Source: the human T2T-CHM13v2.0 reference genome, Homo sapiens
DNA: 64,000 nucleotides
Assembly: GCF_009914755.1 (NCBI RefSeq)
Contig: NC_060946.1
Reading direction: 5' to 3' (one strand)
A program made the position numbers and the translations under genes. Shown here in pieces: positions 1 through 13,435 of this stretch (the first letter of the stretch is position 1; the number at the start of each line of letters is the position of its first letter). The notes beneath the pieces are model-generated. The model searched no databases and was not told where the DNA came from. It saw only the letters and a list, made by a program, of their open reading frames with translations.

Positions 1-4
1 CACT

Positions 5-1977
5 GATTTCCCAGGTGCTGTAACTTTAGGATACGCTCTGGCTACACGGCATTGTGACATATCACTGCACTGATCAACCAGGTGATATAACACCTGTATA
101 GGCTCTGCCTACAGGGGGCTTGTGACATATCTCTGCACGGATCACCCAGGTGATATAGCTCTTCTCTAGGACCTGCCTACAGGGTGCTTTGTGACATATC
201 CCTGCACTGATCACCCAGGTGATCTAACTCTGGTCTAAGCTCTTCCGAAAGGGGCATTGTGACAGATCTCTGCACTGATCACTCAGGTGATGTAACTGTT
301 GTCTAGGCTCTGCTTCAAGGGGCCTTGTCACAAATCTCTGCATTGATCACCCAGGTGATGTAACTCTTGTCTAGCCTCTGCTTTCACGGCATATTGTGAC
401 ATATCCATGCGCTGATCACCTTAGTGATGTAACACTTGTGTAGGCTCGGCCTACATGGGAATCTTGACATATCTCTGCACTGTTAACCGAGGTGATTTAA
501 CACTTCTCTAGGCTGTGCCCACAGGGGGATTGAGACATATCTCTGCACTGATCCCGAGGTGATCCAACTCTTGCCTGGTCTCTGCCTACTGGGGACATTG
601 TGACATATCTCTGCACTGATCTCCCTTGTGCTGCAACTTATTCTAGGCTCTGGCTACACGTCATTGTGACATATAAGTGCACTGATCACATAGGTGATAT
701 AACTCTTGTCTAGGCTCTGCCTACAATGGTCTTGTGACATATCTCTGCACTGATCACCCAGGTGACATAACTATTCTCTAGGATCTGACCACAGGGTGCA
801 TTGCGACATATCCCTGCAATGATCACCCAGGTGATATACCACTTGCCAAGGCTCTGCCTACAGGGGCATTGCAATGTATCTCAGCACTGATCACCTAGGT
901 CTTGTAACTCTTTTCTAGGATCTGCCTATAGGGTGGTTTGTGACGTATCCCAGCAAGGATTACCTAGGTGATGTACCGCTCATCAAGGCTCTGCCTACAG
1001 GCACATTGCGATGTATCTCTGCACTGATCACCTAGGTCATGTAACCTTTGTCTAGTCTCTGCCTACGATGGCATTGTGACATATTTCTGTACTAATCATC
1101 CAAGTGATGTAAGTCTTGTCTAGGATCTGCCTACATTTACTTTGTGACATAATCCTGTACTGATCATCCAGGTGATGGGGTTTTTGTCTAGGCTCTGCCT
1201 AAGGGGGCACTGTGACATATTTCTGCATTGATCACCCAGGTGGCGAACTCTTCTCTTGGATCTGCCTATGGGGGCATTGTGACAAATCTCTGCACTGATC
1301 ACCCAGGTGTCGTAACTGTTGTGTAACCTCTGCCTACAGGGGAATTGTGAGAGATCTCTCCACTGACCACCCAAGTGATGTAACCATTGTCTAGGCTTTG
1401 CGTACAGGGGGCTTTGTGACATACCTTTGCACTGATCACCCAGGTGATGTAACACATCTAAGTTCGGCCTAAAGGAGCTTTGTTACATATCTCTGCACTG
1501 ATCACTTAGGTGATGTAACACTTTTATAAGCACTGCCTACAGGGAATTTTGACAAATCTGTACACTGATCACCTAGGTGATGTAACTCTTGTCTACCCTC
1601 TGTCCAACGGGGCATTGTGAAATATCTCTGCACTGATGACCCAGGTGATTCAACTCTTGACTAGGATCTGCCTACAGACGTTATTGTGAAATATCTCTGC
1701 ACTGATAAACTAGGTGGTGTAACCCTTGTCCAAGTTCTGCCTGCAGGGGCGTTTTAACATATCCCTGAACTGATGACAAAGGTGATGTAACTCTTGCCTA
1801 GGCTTTGCCTACAGGGGACATTGGACATATATCTGCACTGATCACCCAGGTGATGCAACTCTTGCCTAGGCTTTGCCTACAGGGGACACTGTGACATATC
1901 TCTTCAATGATCACCCATGTGATGCAACTCTTGCCTAGGCTTTGCCTACAGGGGACATTGTGACATATCTCTGCACT
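5..1977. repeat. One 29-monomer higher-order repeat unit (canonical 1,974 bp; this copy 1,973 bp); about 32 tandem copies fill the window
   Basis: I counted 29 monomer starts from 5 to 1909, with the next M1 at 1978. The M17 anchor recurs at 1120, 3094, 5137, 7110, 9015, 10988, 12893, 15683, 17656, 20243, 22217, 24191, 26164, 28751, 30725, 32699, 34742, 36716, 38690, 40664, 42638, 44612, 46586, 48560, 50534, 52506, 54480, 56386, 58360, 60265, 62034 and 63939. Modal spacing is 1,974. Confidence 0.95.
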
Positions 1978-4900
1978 GATTTCCCAGGTGCTGTAACTTT
2001 AGGATACGCTCTGGCTACACGGCATTGTGACATATCACTGCACTGATCAACCAGGTGATATAACACCTGTATAGGCTCTGCCTACAGGGGGCTTGTGACA
2101 TATCTCTGCACGGATCACCCAGGTGATATAGCTCTTCTCTAGGACCTGCCTACAGGGTGCTTTGTGACATAACCCTGCACTGATCACCCAGGTGATCTAA
2201 CTCTGGTCTAAGCTCTTCCTAAAGGGGCATTGTGACAGATCTCTGCACTGATCACTCAGGTGATGTAACTGTTGTCTAGGCTCTGCTTCAAGGGGCCTTG
2301 TCACAAATCTCTGCATTGATCACCCAGGTGATGTAACTCTTGTCTAGGCTCTGCTTCCAGGGCATATTGTGACATATCTATGCACTGATCACCTTAGTGA
2401 TGTAACACTTGTGTAGGCTCGGCCTACAGGGGAATCTTGACATATCTCTGCACTGTTAACCGAGGTGTTTTATCTCTTCTCTAGGCTGTGCCCACAGGGG
2501 GATTGAGACATATCTCTGCACTGATCCCGAGGTGATCCAACTCTTGCCTGGTCTCTGCCTACTGGGGACATTGTGACATATCTCTGCACTGATCTCCCTT
2601 GTGCTGCAACTTTAGTCTAGGCTCTGGCTACACGACATTGTGACATATCAGTGCACTGATCACATAGGTGATATAACTCTTGTCTAGGCTCTGCCTACAA
2701 TGGTCTTGTGACATATCTCTGCACTGATCACCCAGGTGACACAACTATTCTCTAGGATCTGACCACAGGGTGCATTGTGACATATCCCTGCAATGATCAC
2801 CCAGGTGATATACCACTTGCCAAGGCTCTGCCTACAGGGGCATTGCAATGTATCTCAGCACTGATCACCTAGGTCTTGTAACTCTTTTCTAGGATCTGCC
2901 TACAGGGTGCTTTGTGACGTATCCCAGCAAGGATTACCCAGGTGATGTACCGCTCATCAAGGCTCTGCCTACAGGCACATTGCGATGTATCTCTGCACTG
3001 ATCACCTAGGTCATGTAACCTTTGTCTAGTCTCTGCCTACGATGGCATTGTGACATATTTCTGCACTAATCATCCAAGTGATGTAAGTCTTGTCTAGGAT
3101 CTGCCTACATTAACTTTGTGACATAATCCTGTACTGATCATCCAGGTGATGGGGTTTTTGTCTAGGCTCTGCCTAAGGGGGCATTGTGACATATTTCTGC
3201 ATTGATCACCCAGGTGGCGAACTCTTCTCTTGGATCTGCCTATGGGGGCATTGTGACAAATCTCTGCACTGATCACACAGGTGTCGTAACTGTTGTGTAA
3301 CCTCTGCCTACAGGGGAATTGTGAGAGATCTCGCCACTGATCACCCAAGTGATGTAACCATTGTCTAGGCTTTGCGTACAGGGGGTTTTGTGACATACCT
3401 TTGCACTGATCACCCAGGTGATGTAACACATCTAAGTTCGGCCTAAAGGAGCTTTGTGACATATCTCTGCACTGATCACTTAGGTGATGTAACACTTTTA
3501 TAAGCACTGCCTACAGGGAATTTTGACAAATCTGTACACTGATCACCTAGGTGATGTAACTCTTGTCTACCCTCTGTCCAACGGGGCATTGTGAAATATC
3601 TCTGCACTGATGACCCAGGTGATTCAACTCTTGACTAGGATCTGCCTACAGAGGTTATTGTGAAATATCTCTGCACTGATAAACTAGGTGGTGTAACCCT
3701 TGTCCAAGTTCTGCCTACAGGGGCGTTTTCAAATATCCATGAACTGATGACAAAGCTGATGTAACTCTTGCCTAGGCTTTGCCTACAGGGGACATTGGAC
3801 ATATATCTGCACTGATCACCCAGGTGATGCAACACTTGCCTAGGCTTTGCCTACAGGGGACATTGTGACATATCTCTTCAATGATCACCCATGTGATGCA
3901 ACTCTTGCCTAGGGTTTGCCTACAGGGGACATTGTGACATATCTCTTCAATGATCACCCATGTAATGCAACTCTTGCCTAGGCTTTGCCTACAGGGGACA
4001 TTGTGACATATCTCTGCACTGATTTCCCAGGTGCTGTAACTTTAGGCAAGGCTCTGGCTACACGGCATTGTGACATATCACTGCACTGATCAACCAGATG
4101 CTATAACACTTGTATAGGCTCTGCCTACAGGGGGCTTGTGACATACCTCTGCACGGATCACCCAGGTGATATAGCTCTTCTCTAGGATCTGCCTACAGGG
4201 TCCTTTGTGACATATCCCTGCACTGATCACCCAGGTGATCTAACTCTTGTCTAAGCCCTTCCTAAAGGGTCATTGTGACAGATCTCTACACTGATCACTG
4301 AGGTGATGTAACTGTTGTCTAGGCTCTGCTTCAAGGGGCCCTGTCACAAATCTCTGCACTGATCACCCAGGTGATGTAACTCTTGTCTAGGCTCTGCTTC
4401 CAGGGCATATTGTGACATATCTATGCACTGATCACCTTAGTGATGTAACACTTGTGTAGGCTCGGCCTACAGGGGAATCTTGACATATTTCTGCACTGTT
4501 AACCGAGGTGATTTAACACTTCTCTAGGCTGCGCCCACAGGGGGATGGAGACATATCTCTTCACTGATCCCGAGGTGATCCAACTCTTGCCTGGTCTCTG
4601 CCTACTGGGGACATTGTGACATATCTCTGCACTGATCTCCCTTGTGCTGCAACTTTAGTCTAGGCTCTGGCTGCACGACATTGTGACATATCAGTGCACT
4701 GATCACATAGGTGATATAACTCTTGTCTAGGCTCTGCCTACAATGGTCTTGTGACATATCTCTGCACTAATCACCCAGGTGACATAACTATTCTCTAGGA
4801 TCTGACCACAGGGTGCTTTGTGACATATCCCTGCAATGATCACCCAGGTGATATACCACTTGCCAAGGCTCTGCCTACAGGGGCATTGCAATGTATCTCT

Positions 4901-5509
4901 GCACTGATCACCTAGGTCTTGTAACTCTTTTCTAGGATCTGCCTACAGGGTGCTTTGTGAAGTATCCCAACAAGGATTACCCAGGTGATGTACCTCTCAT
5001 CAAGGCTCTGCCTACAGGCACGTTGCGATGTATCTCTGCAGTGATCACCTAGGTCATGTAACCTTTGTCTAGTCTCTGCCTACGATGGCATTGTGACATA
5101 TTTCTGCACTAATCATCCAAGTGATGTAAGTCTTGTCTAGGATCTGCGTACATTAACTTTGTGACATAATCCTGTACTGATCATCCAGGTGATGGGGTTT
5201 TTGTCTAGGCTCTGCCTAAGGGGGCATTGTGACATATTTCTGCATTGATCACCCAGGTGGCGAACTCTTCTCTTGGATCTGCCTATGGGGGCATTGTGAC
5301 AAATCTCTGCACTGATCACCCAGGTGTCGTAACTGTTGTGTAACCTCTGCCTACAGGGGAATTGTGAGAGATCTCGCCAATGATCACCCAAGTGATGTAA
5401 CCATTGTCTAGGCTTTGCGTACAGGGGGCTTTGTGACATACCTTTGCACTGATCACCCAGGTGATGTAACACATCTAAGTTCGGCCTAAAGGAGCTTTGT
5501 GACATAACT

Positions 5510-8500
5510 CTGCACTGATCACTTAGGTGATGTAACACTTTTATAAGCACTGCCTACAGGGAATTTTGACAAATCTGTACACTGATCACCTAGGTGATGT
5601 AACTCTTGTCTACCCTCTGTCCAACGGGGCATTGTGAAATATCTCTGCACTGATGACCCAGGTGATTCAACTCTTGACTTGGATCTGCCTACAGAGGTTA
5701 TTGTGAAATATCTCTGCACTGATAAACTAGGTGTTGTAACCCTTGTCCAAGTTCTGCTTACAGGGGCGTTTTCACATATCCCTGAACTGATGACAACGGT
5801 GATGTAACTCTTGCCTAGGCTTTGCCTACAGGGGACATTGGACATATATCTGCACTGATCACCCAGGTGATGCAACTCTTGCCTAGGCTTTGCCTACAGG
5901 GGACATTGTGACATATCTCTTCAATGATCACCCATGTGATGCAACTCTTGCCTAGGCTTTGCCTACAGGGGACATTGTGACATATCTCTGCACTGATTTC
6001 CCAGGTGCTGTAACTTTAGGCTAGGCTCTGGCTACACGGCATTGTGACATATCACTGCACTGATCAACCAGGTGATATAACACCTGTATAGGCTCTGCCT
6101 ACAGGGGGCTTGTGACATATCTCTGCACGGATCACCCAGGTGATATAGCTCTTCTCTAGGACCTGCCTACAGGGTGCTTTGTGACATATCCCTGCACTGA
6201 TCACCCAGGTGATCTAACTCTGGTCTAAGCTCTTCCTAAAGGGGCATTGTGACAGATCTCTGCACTGATCACTCAGGTGATGTAACTGTTGTCTAGGCTC
6301 TGCTTCAAGGGGCCTTGTCACAAATCTCTGCACTGATCACCCAGGTGATGTAACTCTTGTCTAGGCTCTGCTTCCAGGGCATGTTGTGACATATCTATGC
6401 ACTGATCACCTTAGTGATGTAACACTTGTGTAGGCTCGGCCTACAGGGGAATCTTGACATATCTCTGCACTGTTAACCGAGGTGATTTAACTCTTGTCTA
6501 GGCTGTGCCCACAGGGGGATTGAGATATATCTCTGCACTGATCCCGAGGTGATCCAACTCTTGCCTGGTCTCTGCCTACTGGGGACATTGTGACATATCT
6601 CTGCACTGATCTCCCTTGTGCTGCAACTTATTCTAGGCTCTGGCTACACGACATTGTGACATATCAGTGCACTGATCACATAGGTGATATAACTCTTGTC
6701 TAGGATCTGCCTACAATGGTCTTGTGACATATCTCTGCACTGATCACCCAGGTGACATAACTATTCTCTAAAATCTGACCACAGGGTGCATTGTGACATA
6801 TCCCTGCAATGATCACCCAGGTGATATACCACTTGCCAAGGCTCTGCCTACAGGGGCATTGCAATGTATCTCAGCACTGATCACCTAGGTCTTGTAACTC
6901 TTTTCTAGGATCTGCCTTCAGGGTGCTTTGTGACGTATCCCAGCAAGGATTACCCAGGTGATGTACCGCTCATCAAGGCTCTGCCTACACGCACATTGCG
7001 GTGTATCTCTGCAGTGATCACCTAGGTCATGTAAACTTTGTCTAGTCTCTGCCTACGATGGCATTGTGACATATTTCTGCACTAATCATCCAAGTGATGT
7101 AAGTCTTGTCTAGGATCTGCCTACATTAATTTGTGACATAATCCTGTACTGATCATCCAGGTGATGGGGTTTTTGTCTAGGCTCTGCCTAAGGGGGCATT
7201 GTGACATATTTCTGCATTGATCACCCAGGTGGTGAACTCTTCTCTTGGATCTGCCTATGGGGGCATTGTGACAAATCTCTGCACTGATCACCCAGGTGTC
7301 GTAACTGTTGTGTAACCTCTGGCTACAGGGGAATTGTGAGAGATCTCGCCACTGATCACCCAAGTGGTGTAACCATTGTCTAGGCTTTGCGTACAGGGGG
7401 CTTTGTGACATACCATTGCTCTGATCACCCAGGTGATGTAACACATCTATGTTCGGCCTAAAGGAGCTTTGTGACATATCTCTGCACTGATCACTTAGGT
7501 GATGTAACACTTTTATCAGCATTGCCAACAGGGAATTTTGACAAATCTGTACACTGATCACCTAGGTGATGTAACCCTTGACTACCCTCTGTCCAACGGG
7601 GCATTGTGAAATATCTCTGCACTGATGACACAGGTGATTCAACTCTTGACTAGGATCTGCCTACAGAGGTTATTGTGAAATATCTCTGCACTGATAAACT
7701 AGGTGGTGTAACCCTTGTCCAAGTTCTGCCTACAGGGGCGTTTTCACATATCCCTGAACTGATGACAAAGGTGATGTAACTCTTGCCTAGGCTTTGCCTA
7801 CAGGGGACATTGTGACATATCTCTTCAATGATCACCCATGTGATGCAACTCTTGCCTTGGCTTTGCCTACAGGGGACATTGTGACATAACTCTGCACTGA
7901 TTTCCCAGGTGCTGTAACTTTAGGCTATGCTCTGGCTACACGGCATTGTGATATATCACTGCACTGAACAACCAGGTGATATAACCACTGTATAGGCTCT
8001 GCCTACAGGGGGCTTGTGACATATCTCTGCACGGATCACCCAGGTGATATAGCTCTACTCTAGGATCTGCCTACAGGGTGCTTTGTGACATATCCCTGCA
8101 CTGATCACCCTGGTGATCTAACTCTGGTCTAAGCTCTTCCTAAAGGGGCATTGTGACAGATCTCTGCACTGATCACTCAGGTGATGTAACTGTTGTCTAG
8201 GCTCTGCTTCAAGGGGCCTTGTCACAAATCTCTGCACTGATCACCCAGGTGATGTAACTCTTGTCTAGGCTCTGCTTCCAGGGCATATTGTGACATATCT
8301 ATGCACTGATCACCTTGGTGATGTAACACTTGTGTAGGCTCGGCCTACAGGGGAATCTTGACATATCTCTGCACTGTTAACCGAGGTGATTTAACTCTTC
8401 TCTAGGCTGTGCCCACTGGGGGATTGAGACATATCTCTGCACTGATCCCGAGGTGATCCAACTCTTGCCTGGTCTCTGCCTGCTGGGGACATTGTGACAT

Positions 8501-11500
8501 ATCTCTGCACTGATCTCCCTTGTGCTGCAACTTTAGTCTAGGCTCTGGCTACACGACATTGTGAAATATCAGTGCACTGATCACATAGGTGATATAACTC
8601 TTGTCTAGGCTCTGCCTACAATGGTCTTGTGACATATCTCTGCACTGATCACACAGGTGATATAACTATTCCCTAGGATCTGACCTCAGGGTGCTTTGTG
8701 ACACATCCCTGCAATGATCACCCAGGTGATATACCGCTTGCCAAGGCTCTGCCTACAGGGGCATTGCAATGAATCTCAGCACTGATCACCTAGATCTTGT
8801 AACTCTTTTCTAGGATCTGCCTACAAGGTGCTTTGTGACGTATCCCAGCAAGGATTACCCAGGTGATGTACCGCTCATCAAGGCTTTGCCTACAGGCACA
8901 TTGCGATGTATCTCTGCACTGATCACCTAGGTCATGTAACCTTTGTCTAGTCTCTGCCTACGATGGCATTGTGACATATTTCTGCACTAATCATCCAAGT
9001 GATGTAACTCTTGTCTAGGATCTGCCTACATTAACTTTGTGACATAATCCTGTACTGATCATCCAGGTGATGGGGTTTTTGTCTAGGCTCTGCCTAAGGG
9101 GGCATTGTGACATATTTCCGCATTGATCACCCAGGTGGCGAACTCTTCTCTTGGATCTGCCTATGGGGGCATTGTGACAAATCTCTGCACTGATCACCCA
9201 GGTGTCGTAACTGTTGTGTAACCTCTGCCTACAGGGGAATTGTGAGAGATCTCGCCACTGATCACCCAAGTGATGTAACCATTGTCTAGGCTTTGCGTAC
9301 AGGGGGCTTTGTGACATACCTTTGCACTGATCACCCAGGTGATGTAACACATCTAAGTTCGGCCTAAAGGAGCTTTGTTACATATCTCTGCACTGATCAC
9401 TTAGGTGATGTAACACTTTTATAAGCACTGCCTACAGGGAATTTTGACAAATCTGTACACTGATCACCTAGGTGATGTAACTCTTGTCTACCCTCTGTCC
9501 AACGGGGCATTGTGAAATATCTCTGCACTGATGACCCAGGTGATTCAACTCTTGACTTGGATCTGCCTACAGAGGTTATTGTGAAATATCTCTGCACTGA
9601 TAAACTAGGTGTTGTAACCCTTGTCCAAGTTCTGCTTACAGGGGCGTTTTCACATATCCCTGAACTGATGACAACGGTGATGTAACTCTTGCCTAGGCTT
9701 TGCCTACAGGGGACATTGGACATATATCTGCACTGATCACCCAGGTGATGCAACTCTTGCCTAGGCTTTGCCTACAGGGGACATTGTGACATATCTCTTC
9801 AATGATCACCCATGTGATGCAACTCTTGCCTAGGCTTTGCCTACAGGGGACATTGTGACATATCTCTGCACTGATTTCCCAGGTGCTGTAACTTTAGGCT
9901 AGGCTCTGGCTACACGGCATTGTGACATATCACTGCACTGATCAACCAGGTGATATAACACCTGTATAGGCTCTGCCTACAGGGGGCTTGTGACATATCT
10001 CTGCACGGATCACCCAGGTGATATAGCTCTTCTCTAGGACCTGCCTACAGGGTGCTTTGTGACATATCCCTGCACTGATCACCCAGGTGATCTAACTCTG
10101 GTCTAAGCTCTTCCTAAAGGGGCATTGTGACAGATCTCTGCACTGATCACTCAGGTGATGTAACTGTTGTCTAGGCTCTGCTTCAAGGGGCCTTGTCACA
10201 AATCTCTGCACTGATCACCCAGGTGATGTAACTCTTGTCTAGGCTCTGCTTCCAGGGCATGTTGTGACATATCTATGCACTGATCACCTTAGTGATGTAA
10301 CACTTGTGTAGGCTCGGCCTACAGGGGAATCTTGACATATCTCTGCACTGTTAACCGAGGTGATTTAACTCTTGTCTAGGCTGTGCCCACAGGGGGATTG
10401 AGATATATCTCTGCACTGATCCCGAGGTGATCCAACTCTTGCCTGGTCTCTGCCTACTGGGGACATTGTGACATATCTCTGCACTGATCTCCCTTGTGCT
10501 GCAACTTATTCTAGGCTCTGGCTACACGACATTGTGACATATCAGTGCACTGATCACATAGGTGATATAACTCTTGTCTAGGATCTGCCTACAATGGTCT
10601 TGTGACATATCTCTGCACTGATCACCCAGGTGACATAACTATTCTCTAAAATCTGACCACAGGGTGCATTGTGACATATCCCTGCAATGATCACCCAGGT
10701 GATATACCACTTGCCAAGGCTCTGCCTACAGGGGCATTGCAATGTATCTCAGCACTGATCACCTAGGTCTTGTAACTCTTTTCTAGGATCTGCCTTCAGG
10801 GTGCTTTGTGACGTATCCCAGCAAGGATTACCCAGGTGATGTACCGCTCATCAAGGCTCTGCCTACACGCACATTGCGGTGTATCTCTGCAGTGATCACC
10901 TAGGTCATGTAAACTTTGTCTAGTCTCTGCCTACGATGGCATTGTGACATATTTCTGCACTAATCATCCAAGTGATGTAAGTCTTGTCTAGGATCTGCCT
11001 ACATTAATTTGTGACATAATCCTGTACTGATCATCCAGGTGATGGGGTTTTTGTCTAGGCTCTGCCTAAGGGGGCATTGTGACATATTTCTGCATTGATC
11101 ACCCAGGTGGTGAACTCTTCTCTTGGATCTGCCTATGGGGGCATTGTGACAAATCTCTGCACTGATCACCCAGGTGTCGTAACTGTTGTGTAACCTCTGG
11201 CTACAGGGGAATTGTGAGAGATCTCGCCACTGATCACCCAAGTGGTGTAACCATTGTCTAGGCTTTGCGTACAGGGGGCTTTGTGACATACCATTGCTCT
11301 GATCACCCAGGTGATGTAACACATCTATGTTCGGCCTAAAGGAGCTTTGTGACATATCTCTGCACTGATCACTTAGGTGATGTAACACTTTTATCAGCAT
11401 TGCCAACAGGGAATTTTGACAAATCTGTACACTGATCACCTAGGTGATGTAACCCTTGACTACCCTCTGTCCAACGGGGCATTGTGAAATATCTCTGCAC

Positions 11501-13435
11501 TGATGACACAGGTGATTCAACTCTTGACTAGGATCTGCCTACAGAGGTTATTGTGAAATATCTCTGCACTGATAAACTAGGTGGTGTAACCCTTGTCCAA
11601 GTTCTGCCTACAGGGGCGTTTTCACATATCCCTGAACTGATGACAAAGGTGATGTAACTCTTGCCTAGGCTTTGCCTACAGGGGACATTGTGACATATCT
11701 CTTCAATGATCACCCATGTGATGCAACTCTTGCCTTGGCTTTGCCTACAGGGGACATTGTGACATAACTCTGCACTGATTTCCCAGGTGCTGTAACTTTA
11801 GGCTATGCTCTGGCTACACGGCATTGTGATATATCACTGCACTGAACAACCAGGTGATATAACCACTGTATAGGCTCTGCCTACAGGGGGCTTGTGACAT
11901 ATCTCTGCACGGATCACCCAGGTGATATAGCTCTACTCTAGGATCTGCCTACAGGGTGCTTTGTGACATATCCCTGCACTGATCACCCTGGTGATCTAAC
12001 TCTGGTCTAAGCTCTTCCTAAAGGGGCATTGTGACAGATCTCTGCACTGATCACTCAGGTGATGTAACTGTTGTCTAGGCTCTGCTTCAAGGGGCCTTGT
12101 CACAAATCTCTGCACTGATCACCCAGGTGATGTAACTCTTGTCTAGGCTCTGCTTCCAGGGCATATTGTGACATATCTATGCACTGATCACCTTGGTGAT
12201 GTAACACTTGTGTAGGCTCGGCCTACAGGGGAATCTTGACATATCTCTGCACTGTTAACCGAGGTGATTTAACTCTTCTCTAGGCTGTGCCCACTGGGGG
12301 ATTGAGACATATCTCTGCACTGATCCCGAGGTGATCCAACTCTTGCCTGGTCTCTGCCTGCTGGGGACATTGTGACATATCTCTGCACTGATCTCCCTTG
12401 TGCTGCAACTTTAGTCTAGGCTCTGGCTACACGACATTGTGAAATATCAGTGCACTGATCACATAGGTGATATAACTCTTGTCTAGGCTCTGCCTACAAT
12501 GGTCTTGTGACATATCTCTGCACTGATCACACAGGTGATATAACTATTCCCTAGGATCTGACCTCAGGGTGCTTTGTGACACATCCCTGCAATGATCACC
12601 CAGGTGATATACCGCTTGCCAAGGCTCTGCCTACAGGGGCATTGCAATGAATCTCAGCACTGATCACCTAGATCTTGTAACTCTTTTCTAGGATCTGCCT
12701 ACAAGGTGCTTTGTGACGTATCCCAGCAAGGATTACCCAGGTGATGTACCGCTCATCAAGGCTTTGCCTACAGGCACATTGCGATGTATCTCTGCACTGA
12801 TCACCTAGGTCATGTAACCTTTGTCTAGTCTCTGCCTACGATGGCATTGTGACATATTTCTGCACTAATCATCCAAGTGATGTAACTCTTGTCTAGGATC
12901 TGCCTACATTAACTTTGTGACATAATCCTGTACTGATCATCCAGGTGATGGGGTTTTTGTCTAGGCTCTGCCTAAGGGGGCATTGTGACATATTTCCGCA
13001 TTGATCACCCAGGTGGCGAACTCTTCTCTTGGATCTGCCTATGGGGGCATTGTGACAAATCTCTGCACTGATCACCCAGGTGTCGTAACTGTTGTGTAAC
13101 CTCTGCCTACAGGGGAATTGTGAGAGATCTCGCCACTGATCACCCAAGTGATGTAACCATTGTCTAGGCTTTGCGTACAGGGGGCTTTGTGACATACCTT
13201 TGCACTGATCACCCAGGTGATGTAACACATCTAAGTTCGGCCTAAAGGAGCTTTGTTACATATCTCTGCACTGATCACTTAGGTGATGTAACACTTTTAT
13301 AAGCACTGCCTACAGGGAATTTTGACAAATCTGTACACTGATCACCTAGGTGATGTAACTCTTGTCTACCCTCTGTCCAACGGGGCATTGTGAAATATCT
13401 CTGCACTGATGACCCAGGTGATTCAACTCTTGACT
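5510..13435. repeat. Tandem duplication of a two-HOR block, period 3,878 bp (1,973 + 1,905), 2 copies
   Basis: Identical ORF translations at 5519/9397, 7121/10999, 7650/11528 and 9015/12893, all offset by 3,878. Private variants such as CTCTAAAATCTGACC and GCCTGCTGGGG repeat at the same offset. Confidence 0.9.

Noticed and set aside
1162-1215. Terminator-like T run (GGGGTTTTTG) and G-runs suggesting G-quadruplexes
   Set aside because: These are ordinary monomer variants. There is no transcription unit, and G-runs are mostly one per monomer, too far apart for a canonical G4.
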